From: a virus
Strand: one strand, 5' to 3'
Virus record (IMG/VR): IMGVR_UViG_3300045450_000145
Span: 119,547-183,546 of that record
DNA length: 64,000 bases
The position numbers and the translations under genes are program-made. Below, in pieces: positions 1 through 9,002 of this stretch; the first letter of the stretch is position 1, and the number at the start of each line of letters is the position of its first letter. The notes beneath the pieces are model-generated. The model was not told where the DNA came from. It saw only the letters and a program-made list of their open reading frames with translations, and made no database searches.

Positions 1-468
1 CAAGCATACTTACTAAATACTGCATATAAAATCGCGAAAGATGAAGGGTTTAAAAATCCTGAAGTTATGCAGGCCATCTTGCTGCAAGAAACCGAAGCTG
101 GCGCCATGAAGTCCTATAAGGTCGCAAATCCTGGTAAGGATGCATACTTTGGCCCAATGCAAATTAAGCTTGGTGCAGCGAAAGATGTTTTACTCCGTCA
201 CCCAACTCTGTATAAGAAATATGATTTCCATACGCAAACGGATGACGAAGTAAAAGCGAATCTAATTTTAAATGAGAAGTTTAACATCGAGGTTGCTACT
301 AAGTATGTTAAGCTCCTGCAGACAACATATGGCTTAGCAGGCAGGGCACTAGTGAACGCCTATAATAGGGGACCTGGTGGAGTCAAGAACGTCGACGATT
401 CATTTTATTATGCCATCGAAGGCGAGAAGAAATTAGCCAACTATAAAAGAACTGTAAAATACAAATGA
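1..468 (+). CDS. Lytic transglycosylase (SLT family), 5'-truncated by window edge
   Basis: Frame is open from base 1 (QAYLLNTAYKIAKDEGFKNPEVMQAILLQETEAG); catalytic Glu in ILLQET, GPMQI motif, N-I-E-V-A-x-x-Y and AYNRGPG motifs of SLT/goose-type lysozymes. Confidence 0.8.
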   Translation, partial: QAYLLNTAYKIAKDEGFKNPEVMQAILLQETEAGAMKSYKVANPGKDAYFGPMQIKLGAAKDVLLRHPTLYKKYDFHTQTDDEVKANLILNEKFNIEVATKYVKLLQTTYGLAGRALVNAYNRGPGGVKNVDDSFYYAIEGEKKLANYKRTVKYK

Positions 469-525
469 AAGTATATTCATACAAAGAAAAGCAAACTCGA
501 CATTGTTACTTCACAGGAGAAACAT

Positions 526-792
526 ATGTCGAGAACAGTTCGCAGAAACAAAAACCGTAAAGTTCGCCTTAATATCTTCAGGCAATATCATGATTATGAC
601 GCACCTGCCTGGAGATATTATACAGATAATGGTATTGTAGACTTTGGGTATGAAGATAATTACGCTTACCCAATCCCTAATACTGAGGGCGAGATGCGTG
701 CAGAATATAAACAGCACATGTACAAAGTAAAGTATAATCTTGAGCACTATGTGCCGTATTATAAGAAGACTGGCGCATGGGAATATTACTGA
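526..792 (+). CDS. Hypothetical protein, basic N-terminus, Tyr-rich
   Basis: 88-aa ORF preceded by SD ACAGGAG. Confidence 0.7.
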   Translation: MSRTVRRNKNRKVRLNIFRQYHDYDAPAWRYYTDNGIVDFGYEDNYAYPIPNTEGEMRAEYKQHMYKVKYNLEHYVPYYKKTGAWEYY

Positions 793-805
793 TAAAGGAG
801 ACAAG

Positions 806-1564
806 ATGAAAGTAGATAGTAAAGAAATAGAAAATTATAAATCATATGTTAGATATCAAGTGCATTTAGTGTTTGATTTTTTAGTTGCAACTCAAATTTT
901 GAGAAAACTTAAAAACCTTAATTTTAGCCTATTAACAAAATACGATGGGTCCGTGACATTGCATACTCTTCAATGTACCGATGATAATGTGCAACGTGGA
1001 ATGCAGCTCATTAAAAGAATGTGCGAAAATTTCTCTGCAGTGACAGCGCATGAATTGTGGTCAGTAAATCCAAATCAGAGAAAAAATAGTGAAAGCTTCT
1101 TAGATTTTCACACTAATAAAATAAGAAGTATTGATAGCATTACAATATCTAAAGACGACATTTATCAAAAATTGCAGGAAGTAGATGCTATAAGAAATAG
1201 TTATGACAGTAATCACTGGCTAAAGACTTACAAATTAAGGCAATCCTTCGCTCATAAATTTCCTATATCGTCAAATGGTAGAAAATCTCAAGACGATATC
1301 TTTGAAAAAGATGGATCAATCAATCTTGATATTGAAATGACTAATCTGGCAACAAAGACATTTGAGGCCCTAATGCTAATTGAGCAAAATATACAAGGGC
1401 TTGAAATGTTTCAAACGTCATTAGTGGAGGTAGAAAATGAAGCTGAAGGGTACATTAAATTGTATAGAGAAAGTACTATTAACACTCTAGAAGCCGAAAA
1501 AGAAAAAATAGAAAAATTTAAATCTTTTGAAGATACCAGCCTATGGATAGATTACGTTCCTTAG
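806..1564 (+). CDS. Hypothetical protein (helical, AT-rich gene)
   Basis: ORF track start 740, but SD AAGGAG (795-800) favours the in-frame ATG at 806; no recognisable motif. Confidence 0.65.
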   Translation: MKVDSKEIENYKSYVRYQVHLVFDFLVATQILRKLKNLNFSLLTKYDGSVTLHTLQCTDDNVQRGMQLIKRMCENFSAVTAHELWSVNPNQRKNSESFLDFHTNKIRSIDSITISKDDIYQKLQEVDAIRNSYDSNHWLKTYKLRQSFAHKFPISSNGRKSQDDIFEKDGSINLDIEMTNLATKTFEALMLIEQNIQGLEMFQTSLVEVENEAEGYIKLYRESTINTLEAEKEKIEKFKSFEDTSLWIDYVP

Positions 1565-2312
1565 AAGTATCAAATCTAGTTCTTTTCATAGAAGGAACGA
1601 CTTGATTTAATTTGGCGTAAAAAGCCAATGTTGGTCTGTGTAAATTATGTAAAGCACAAAAGTCTTTGAGGACATCAAACTCAAAGACTTCTTGCATCGG
1701 GGATATTGCTTTCCATCTTTTTGGCTTATCTTCTCTCGGTAAGTATTTCCTAGCAACTCCATTTTTAGATGCCCACTTATCACGCATTTTTTGCTTAGTC
1801 TCTTCGGAATGCTTCGGGCGATTTAGGGCGGCAATTCTTCTTCGTTCGCTAGTTAATGGATTTTGATTCGCTTTTAGGGCTGCAATACGTTTCTTTTCAG
1901 AATAGCCAGGGTCTAATTTCATTCTATCGGCAGTTGCTTTTTGCCCTGCCCGATATTCTGGATCCTGCCATAATCTAATCATTCTTTCTCTTTGCTGCTC
2001 AGACATTAACTGCTTAATCATGGCAAATATTTTACTGCTAGGAATATATCTTTCCTGCCCTTTAGATGCACGTCTCATTTGTCTAATTGCAGATATTGCC
2101 TTACTTCTATTTTCACCGTCAGTCATCTTGATTAATAATAGGTGCGCAATGAAATGCTGCCTTGCAGATAATCTAACTAGGTTTTCTTTATCATCACTGC
2201 CTCCCATCCCAGCCGGAATAATGTGATGAAGCTCCGTATAAGTGGCAGTAATATCCGGATTGTTTATAATATTAAAATACCACTTTGTATATTTGTTTTG
2301 CTTAAATTGCAT
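1518..2312 (-). mobile_element. Free-standing HNH homing endonuclease with NUMOD3-like basic C-terminal repeats
   Basis: ELHHIIPAGMGGSDDKENLVRLSARQHFIAHLLL is a canonical phage HNH motif; HSEETKQKM NUMOD3-like motif; opposite strand to both neighbours and overlaps both. Confidence 0.88.
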
Positions 2313-3321
2313 GCTACCTCAAAAAAGTTTAATTGATGTGATTCGCGAAAAGGTCTGGTTACCAAATCCAGACCATAAAGGGTGGGCGAATACCAAGTGC
2401 ATGGCGTGCAATGATCATTCCCCGCGCGGCGGATTCTATCACGATGGTATTTATACTTCGTATAGCTGCTTTAATTGTGGTGTCAAGTTCAAATATGAGG
2501 AAGGCTCAGGCAAGCTTTCACGTAATGCCAAGGACATCTTAGCTGACTTTGGCATTACGCGAGAGGACCTACGCGAACTCACCTCCAGCATCTTCCTAGC
2601 ACAAAAAGAAGAAAAGAACATCACGCTTGAGAGCTTAACTAAGGTTAGCTTGTTTACTCGTGAGGTTGCTTTTCCTGACCGCACAAAGCCATTACTATCC
2701 GAGGGTAATGAGCTATTGCAGGAACCTATTCTAGAATATCTAATTAGTAGGAAAATTGACCCGCTTGAGCATCAACTCTATTATAGTTTAGATAGCAAGA
2801 TGTTAAGAAGAGTCATTATCCCATTCTGGCGAGATAATAAACTAATTTATTGGCAGGCTCGAAGCATCGATAAAGATGTCAAGCCTAGATACTTAAATTG
2901 TGTCGTCACTAAGGAAGCTGTCATGTTTAACTATGATCAGCTTTATTCATACGATGATGCTCCTCTGTTTATTACCGAAGGTGTCTTCGATGCATTGGCG
3001 GTTAATGGCATGGCAATTATGGGCGCGGGCCTGAATGAAGCTAAGATTGAAGTATTAAAAAGATCAAAGAGGCGAAAGATATTTGTCGTTGATCGGGATG
3101 AGCCAGGTGAGAAGCTCGCTAAAAGCGCACTCGATAACGGATGGGAGATTACCTTTGTTGATGTTCGAGCAAATGACATCAATGACAGCATCATTAAGTT
3201 CGGTCGGCCATTCACTGCATATAGCCTGTTAAAGAACGCCACGAGCAAGCATAATAAGTTACAATCATATACTAACATGTCAATGGGCTTTTTGGAAGCT
3301 CGTCTACGGAGAAGATATTGA
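2311..3321 (+). CDS. gp61: DNA primase, T4 gp61-like
   Basis: Zn-finger CMAC...CFNC, Toprim ITEGVFDA and DRDEPG, DIND motif; overlaps the helicase start; start codon uncertain (ATG 2311 preferred over GTG 2242). Confidence 0.88.
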   Translation: MLPQKSLIDVIREKVWLPNPDHKGWANTKCMACNDHSPRGGFYHDGIYTSYSCFNCGVKFKYEEGSGKLSRNAKDILADFGITREDLRELTSSIFLAQKEEKNITLESLTKVSLFTREVAFPDRTKPLLSEGNELLQEPILEYLISRKIDPLEHQLYYSLDSKMLRRVIIPFWRDNKLIYWQARSIDKDVKPRYLNCVVTKEAVMFNYDQLYSYDDAPLFITEGVFDALAVNGMAIMGAGLNEAKIEVLKRSKRRKIFVVDRDEPGEKLAKSALDNGWEITFVDVRANDINDSIIKFGRPFTAYSLLKNATSKHNKLQSYTNMSMGFLEARLRRRY

Positions 3322-4694
3322 ACAACAACGTGCCACTAATGGATGACGATGCTCAAAAATTATATTTGAACTCAATGATTTCAAATCCAGAGCTTTTTGC
3401 TAGAGTCAACAATCTGTTGTCACCTACCTATTTTGACCCTCAGTTTGCAAAGGGCGTTAAGTTCTTACAGGAATATTTCCAAGAAAATCGCGCCGTCCCT
3501 GCACCAAGCATCTTCACTGCCGCTACTAAGTTGTTGACAGAGAAGGTAGAATTACAGCGTCAAGACGTGCAGTATGTCGCTGAACAAATCGCCGAGTTCT
3601 GCAAATTCCAAGCGTGTATTGAAGTTATTCGTAAAGCAACGGGCAAAGATGGGTACTTTGAAACTGGCGACTTAGGTAAAATGGTCGCGCAGATGAAGGA
3701 AGCAACGCAAATTGGATTACAAACCGATTTTGGTATTGACTACTTTGATAATCCACTTGAACGTTTAGAAAGAGCAGAAACCGAAGACGCGGTTATTTCT
3801 ACTGGGTGGAAAGATGTAGACGCCGTTATTGGCGGTGGTATTGGCCGACAGGAACTGATCATGTTCCTAGCACCTTCTGGCGGTGGTAAGTCAGTGGCGA
3901 TGCTGAACTTGTCACTTAACTTATTGGCGCAGGGTTTAAAGGGCGTTTACATCTCTCTTGAAATGCGAGACAAGAAGGTCGCTTTACGTACGGACCAGAT
4001 GATTGCGAAGATCGCCGCGGGCAACATTGCTGATTCTATGACTCAAGTTGCACATGAGATTGAGAAGTTCGCAGCAGAAACAAATGCAAAGTTCTTCATT
4101 AAAAGAATGCGGGAAGGCTCAAATGCAAATGACATCATCGCATATCTACGACAACTCGAGGCACATAGCGGCTTCAAGCCCGACTTCATCGTAGTCGACT
4201 ACCTTGACATTATGACTTCAGTCCAGAAGGGCATTGGCGACAGCATGTTCTTAAAGGATAAGTACGTGTCTGAAGAAGTTCGAGCAATTGGATTTGATTA
4301 CGACTGCATCATGATCTCTGCATCTCAGCTTGAGAAAGGTGCAACTGAAAAGATCAACAATGGCGATAAGATGCACCAAGGTAACGTCCAAGGCGGCTCA
4401 TCTAAAACAAACACTGCTGACTTGATGATCGCAACCGTTAAGACAGATCAGATGCATGAGGCTGGAGAATATCGATTTGAGTTCCCTAAGTCACGTAACT
4501 CCGATGCCAACACTAAGCAAGTCATGATGGGATGGGATAAGACTTCTCTTCGCATCTTCGATCCAGGATCACAGCTAACTTTGAATAAAAAGAAGCGACC
4601 AGGTTTAGAGCTGACCTCAAATAAGCCAGGTGCAAAGAAGAATACTCTTGAAGATATGCTTTCTAAGTTTGAACCTGAAAAGCACAACGCATAA
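3318..4694 (+). CDS. gp41: Replicative DNA helicase, DnaB/T4 gp41-like
   Basis: Walker A APSGGGKS, YISLEM, Walker B IVVDYLDIM, ASQL and KSRN motifs. Confidence 0.93.
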   Translation: MNNNVPLMDDDAQKLYLNSMISNPELFARVNNLLSPTYFDPQFAKGVKFLQEYFQENRAVPAPSIFTAATKLLTEKVELQRQDVQYVAEQIAEFCKFQACIEVIRKATGKDGYFETGDLGKMVAQMKEATQIGLQTDFGIDYFDNPLERLERAETEDAVISTGWKDVDAVIGGGIGRQELIMFLAPSGGGKSVAMLNLSLNLLAQGLKGVYISLEMRDKKVALRTDQMIAKIAAGNIADSMTQVAHEIEKFAAETNAKFFIKRMREGSNANDIIAYLRQLEAHSGFKPDFIVVDYLDIMTSVQKGIGDSMFLKDKYVSEEVRAIGFDYDCIMISASQLEKGATEKINNGDKMHQGNVQGGSSKTNTADLMIATVKTDQMHEAGEYRFEFPKSRNSDANTKQVMMGWDKTSLRIFDPGSQLTLNKKKRPGLELTSNKPGAKKNTLEDMLSKFEPEKHNA

Positions 4695-4700
4695 TTAAAC

Positions 4701-4706
4701 TAAATA
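4701..4706 (+). promoter_or_regulatory. T4-like late promoter core TAAATA
   Basis: CTAAATAA about 30 nt upstream of ORF 4735. Confidence 0.55.
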
Positions 4707-4734
4707 ATTGAACTTACACTAGAGGAGAAATAAC

Positions 4735-4962
4735 ATGTCCCACATTACCGTAGACGGCACCCAACACGCCATTGAATCACTTTCACCAGCTGTTCAGCAG
4801 GCAGCTGCTATTTACCAACGTTTCCAAGGTGAGCTACAAGAAGCGCAACTTGAAGTTGTAAAGCTAAATGCGGCAATCCAACAAATTGGTAATCAGATTG
4901 CTCAAGCTATTAAGCAGGAAACTTCGCAGGAAGATAAAGCTGAAGAATATCCGGCTGAGTAA
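4735..4962 (+). CDS. Small coiled-coil hypothetical protein
   Basis: 75 aa, SD GAGGAG, Gln-rich heptads; flanked by late promoter and terminator. Confidence 0.75.
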   Translation: MSHITVDGTQHAIESLSPAVQQAAAIYQRFQGELQEAQLEVVKLNAAIQQIGNQIAQAIKQETSQEDKAEEYPAE

Positions 4963-4998
4963 TATACACCCTCAACTAGCATTAGATGCTAAATAAGG

Positions 4999-5031
4999 AA
5001 TGGGCATAGAATTAATTCTATGCCCATTTTT
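4999..5031 (+). terminator. Rho-independent terminator
   Basis: Perfect 30-bp palindrome AATGGGCATAGAATTAATTCTATGCCCATT followed by a T run. Confidence 0.8.
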
Positions 5032-5032
5032 G

Positions 5033-5039
5033 ATAAATA
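5033..5039 (+). promoter_or_regulatory. T4-like late promoter ATAAATA
   Basis: Immediately after the terminator, 25 nt upstream of GTG 5065. Confidence 0.6.
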
Positions 5040-5064
5040 GAAGTCAAAATAAATGGAATAACAC

Positions 5065-7341
5065 GTGGCAATTTCACACCTTGAAGACCTACCACTAGCT
5101 GAGTTTATTAAAGCTGTCGAAAACATTGGCTTAATGAAGGCGTCTGAAAAGCTGGACGGGGCGAATCTTTGGATGGGTTTAGATGATGACGGTAAGCTCT
5201 TTACTAACCGTTCTGGCAAGCGCAAGGGCTCCAAGAATTTCTACAGCGCTGACGAATATCCCCACTTCTCTGCATATAATGGTTTCAGAGGCGCACATGC
5301 GGCCCTCATGGAGAAGCTACCTGACATTAAGCGTATCATGCAGAACGGTCAAATTGTAGAGTTAGAAATCCTATACGGCCGGCAGCCCAATGCGATCACT
5401 TATGGCGCTGGTGATAAATCATACATCGCCTTCTTACGAGGTGTTGAGGGCACTCCTGATGTCATTGCGGATCAGCTCTCGATGAGCTTAGGCGGTCAAA
5501 CAGTTAGTGTTAGCGTTGACATTGTCGATACGTCTGATGGTGAAAACCTATCATTAGATAAAGGCAGCATCTCCTTCCAATTTACCGGTGCACAAAATAT
5601 TCCAGCTGAAAAGCTAAAGGATGTCAATCTATCAAAGCACTTAAATGAATTAAAGAAATACTTAGAGATGCCGGCGGGAGTAGATGGCGTTGAGGCGACA
5701 AACTACGACATCCTAACTAAAAACTTGACTTCATTTACAGTTGATGTTAGACCACAAGTTAAAGCGGCGCGCTCAATAATTTTGGCCTCGGTCATGAAGG
5801 ATTTTAAATTACCTATCAAGCGCGAGTTGCTTGATAATTACGTCAACAAAATTAAGCCTGCACTGGGCGCAGATAACGTTGATAAGGATGAAGACCTTGG
5901 CATTGAGGGGGTAGTTTTACGTGACCCTACTACAGGCAACATGATTAAGTTAGTTGATAAGGACACCTTTACCACCATCAACCAATTTAACCACTCTATT
6001 CGTAATCAAATTTCTGGTGTTGTCAAGAGCTTAGATCAAGATGCACCACTTGAAGCACGAGGTGGTATCTTGGGAAATATGAAGATTCAAATTGCAGATT
6101 TGTTAGGTAATAGAGAACTATCAAGAGGTGCAACTGCTAAAAAGGCATTCTTAGCAGTTAGAGGTGCTGACGCGGTAGAGACTGCTAAGAATTTCGCCGC
6201 TAACCTAGATATTCAAGACTTCCTTGGCACAAAGAGAAAAATTCTAGCATTAATCGGGGCTGCAAATAAGCAGATGAAAGATTTACTGGCTGACTTTAAA
6301 TCTAACAAAGATGAGTATCAACTTAAGCTGAAAAATGGCAAAATAATTGGCATTAGCAAGGAGATTGAAAAACGAACCCTGTTGGCATTTGCTGAATCTC
6401 TTCGCAACGTCAATGAGCTCTTTGAGAAGGTCAAAAAGTCTAAATCAATTACGCAAGTAGTTGCAATCCTATATGGGCACCTAATCAAGGATGCGCAAAA
6501 TAGCGAAAAGCTAGACGAATCCCTATTATTAGAAAAGCGGTACGACACGGATAAGGCACGATATAGTGGCAAGGATGGTTGGACCTTATTAAACATTTAC
6601 TTCGCCACCGTGTTCATGTCAGTCATTATGTTCCAAGCAGATGATGAACGTGGCATCAAGTTGCTAAGGGATAAGGCTCATTATAGAATGTCTGGCTGGA
6701 GTAAGGAGATGTCTCCTCTTAATTTCTGGGGATATCCAATCTGGAAGTCATCGACTCCTGCCGTAAAGAAGCTTATTGGTCCTAAAGCTACTGGCCAACT
6801 ATTTAAAATCACACGTCGAGTGCCACCAAATCAATCACGCTTCTTACACATGGACTTAAGCTTTGGTAAGGACGTACCTATGAATTGGGGCGATCACTAC
6901 AAAACATTGAGGGTCCTGCAGCAATTTGATGGCATGAATACTGACCGTATAAATACCCTTATGAAGAGCGTCTTCACCTTTGAAACTCAAGACCATGATG
7001 GTCAAGTTAAGACAATTTCAAAGCTATTTTATTACGCTCAACAATTTATTCCAACCTCACCTCTGTTTTCACGTATTAAGATAATTCAACAGAATTTACT
7101 AATTAACGCGAATGGAGAAAACGAGCATCTAGAAGAAATGAAACTATTAACTAGCGTTAATTCTCTAATTGAGAACGAAGAAGCTCAAGCAACAAAACAA
7201 GTTGACACTGCAGTAAAGGCTGCAGATGTAAATCCTGCGCCTGGTATTTCAGCGGAAAAGAAGGTGGAGAAGAGAAAACGAAACCCGAACATTGTTAAAA
7301 ACAAGTTCCCACGCCCAAAGAATGCAGAGGATCAAAAATGA
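5065..7341 (+). CDS. RNA/DNA-ligase-fold nucleotidyltransferase-like protein (N-half) fused to unknown helical domain; probable virion protein
   Basis: SHLEDL...EKLDG (motif I, K29), VELEILY (III), IEGVVLR (IV, E281), MIKLVDK (V); resembles the HLEDL/KxDG family of T4-like phages. Confidence 0.6.
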   Translation: MAISHLEDLPLAEFIKAVENIGLMKASEKLDGANLWMGLDDDGKLFTNRSGKRKGSKNFYSADEYPHFSAYNGFRGAHAALMEKLPDIKRIMQNGQIVELEILYGRQPNAITYGAGDKSYIAFLRGVEGTPDVIADQLSMSLGGQTVSVSVDIVDTSDGENLSLDKGSISFQFTGAQNIPAEKLKDVNLSKHLNELKKYLEMPAGVDGVEATNYDILTKNLTSFTVDVRPQVKAARSIILASVMKDFKLPIKRELLDNYVNKIKPALGADNVDKDEDLGIEGVVLRDPTTGNMIKLVDKDTFTTINQFNHSIRNQISGVVKSLDQDAPLEARGGILGNMKIQIADLLGNRELSRGATAKKAFLAVRGADAVETAKNFAANLDIQDFLGTKRKILALIGAANKQMKDLLADFKSNKDEYQLKLKNGKIIGISKEIEKRTLLAFAESLRNVNELFEKVKKSKSITQVVAILYGHLIKDAQNSEKLDESLLLEKRYDTDKARYSGKDGWTLLNIYFATVFMSVIMFQADDERGIKLLRDKAHYRMSGWSKEMSPLNFWGYPIWKSSTPAVKKLIGPKATGQLFKITRRVPPNQSRFLHMDLSFGKDVPMNWGDHYKTLRVLQQFDGMNTDRINTLMKSVFTFETQDHDGQVKTISKLFYYAQQFIPTSPLFSRIKIIQQNLLINANGENEHLEEMKLLTSVNSLIENEEAQATKQVDTAVKAADVNPAPGISAEKKVEKRKRNPNIVKNKFPRPKNAEDQK

Positions 7342-9002
7342 AAACTAGTTTGCTGAAAGAGCTTTCTAATATTCCAGTCAACATACCAGTTAATTCACCA
7401 ACTGACTTGAAAAACAGCGACAGCACTGATGCTGGTAAAAATGACGTACTGAATAAAGTCAATGCAAAAGATGTTGGCTTCTCACTTATGAGAAACACCA
7501 TCAACTCAGATGGCGAAGTTACTGGCAGCGACGTTGCAAATTATATTGAACGTGCTGAAGAACTTAATGACGAAGTCGATACCATTCCATTCGGTTTAGA
7601 AACTGACGATGGCCAAATTGTTAAGGTGTATGTAAATGCAGCAGAGGCAGATCGCTTTGAAGAAGCGATGAAGGGCATGCTTGGTATTGAAGACGACATT
7701 GAAGAAGCAATTAACAGACTAGCATCTGATTTTGACATCGTGGACGTTGTATGGCCTCGTGATCCTAATGCAGCTCCTGCAGATGGTGAAGCACCAAATC
7801 CAGATGATGATTTAAATATCGACGACTTATCTGACTTATTAGGCAACGATTTTGATACAGAAGATGATGAAGATTTTGCAGATGATCAGTATGATGTAAT
7901 TGCAGCGCAAGCTGCTCAAGAAAAGGATGATGCCGACGTTGGAGCAGATACTGATAATGACGAACCTTCAGATGACGAAGATGATCCAGACGCTGAGCCA
8001 AAAGAAGATGATGAATCTGACGGCGATGATGAAGATAATGAAGATGAATCCGACGAAGAGTCTGATGATGAATCTGAGGACGACGTTGAGTCTGAAGATA
8101 AGCCAAAGAAGAAAAAGAAAGCTAAGTCTGAAGACGACGAAGTAAAAGAATCAATTAAAACACAGGAGCACTCAATGTCAATCGGTAAGAAGTTCTTAGA
8201 AAGAATGAATGAAGCGGCGGAAGATACAGACGGCATCAATGACGGCTTTAACATTCCTCTTGATAGCCAGGCTAGAGCGTTATCCAGTAAGCTAAAGTTC
8301 CCATTAGCAAAGCGCCTAGTTGCTTTCTTCGTCATGAGTGGTATTCCTGGCCGTTATCTTAATAGCGAAGAAGCAGAAAGTGGCATTGCTGGCGCCGCAG
8401 ATATGCTAAGAAAGCGCGTTGCAGTAAGACGCGCTTTTGTTGAATTATATGAAGGTCTAGCTAATGCAAAGGGATTTAACATTCCTGCGGAAACTGCAAA
8501 TGAAAGTATTAAATCTAAAAAGATAAATGAAGCCGCAAAGCGCGGGTCATTTATCCAGAAGCTGCTAGAATCAGTCTTAATTGAATTAGGCTTACCAGGT
8601 AGCTTAGTTTCTACATCTGGCCCATCCGCTGTCGGTACTGCAGTTTATGTTACTGCTGAAACTATTGAGCAGGATTCTACTTTAGAACGTTTACTAAGAG
8701 TATTAGCTTCACGTCTAGGCATCTCAGCATCTGAAGCCAATTCACAAATTGGTGAAGCTATTGACGTTGGTAATGACGACTTCTCAACAGCGATTGTAGA
8801 ACTAATTTCTGCTTTAGGCATTGACGATGACGTGCTGCAACGCCGCAGGCCACAAGTCATTCAGCAGTTGCGCGCTAAGAAGGGCACTCTGCGTAATCGC
8901 GCGCAGATTATTACTCTTGCAAACCGCCTAAAGGACCTAGTTGGTAGAAATACCATCCCTTCTGGCTCACAAGCTGACAATGCGAACGATACTGAGCAAT
9001 AA
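7338..9002 (+). CDS. Very acidic probable prohead core/internal head protein
   Basis: Long D/E tract (about 7860-8100) followed by KPKKKKKAK; N-terminus MKTSLLKEL; several potential gp21-type sites (MNEA, INEA, IGEA). Confidence 0.55.
   Translation: MKTSLLKELSNIPVNIPVNSPTDLKNSDSTDAGKNDVLNKVNAKDVGFSLMRNTINSDGEVTGSDVANYIERAEELNDEVDTIPFGLETDDGQIVKVYVNAAEADRFEEAMKGMLGIEDDIEEAINRLASDFDIVDVVWPRDPNAAPADGEAPNPDDDLNIDDLSDLLGNDFDTEDDEDFADDQYDVIAAQAAQEKDDADVGADTDNDEPSDDEDDPDAEPKEDDESDGDDEDNEDESDEESDDESEDDVESEDKPKKKKKAKSEDDEVKESIKTQEHSMSIGKKFLERMNEAAEDTDGINDGFNIPLDSQARALSSKLKFPLAKRLVAFFVMSGIPGRYLNSEEAESGIAGAADMLRKRVAVRRAFVELYEGLANAKGFNIPAETANESIKSKKINEAAKRGSFIQKLLESVLIELGLPGSLVSTSGPSAVGTAVYVTAETIEQDSTLERLLRVLASRLGISASEANSQIGEAIDVGNDDFSTAIVELISALGIDDDVLQRRRPQVIQQLRAKKGTLRNRAQIITLANRLKDLVGRNTIPSGSQADNANDTEQ

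Noticed and set aside
740-805. ORF-track upstream extensions (740, 2242, 13238, 13794, 50443, 50688, 53510, 62026)
   Set aside because: They overlap neighbouring genes; downstream ATGs have better SD or coupling and give family-typical N-termini
2311-4694. Inteins or introns in primase, helicase, gp46 or the giant structural ORFs
   Set aside because: Lengths are normal for the families and no intein C/S...HN boundaries or LAGLIDADG motifs were noticed
5053-5061. ATG-GAA-TAA mini-ORF in frame just upstream of the GTG start at 5065
   Set aside because: No SD of its own; expected by chance in AT-rich leaders
7541-8860. Several antisense and alternate-frame ORFs over the acidic core gene (e.g. 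7916-8335 minus, poly-Ser)
   Set aside because: Shadows of GAT/GAC/GAA-rich codons; no SD, low-complexity translation
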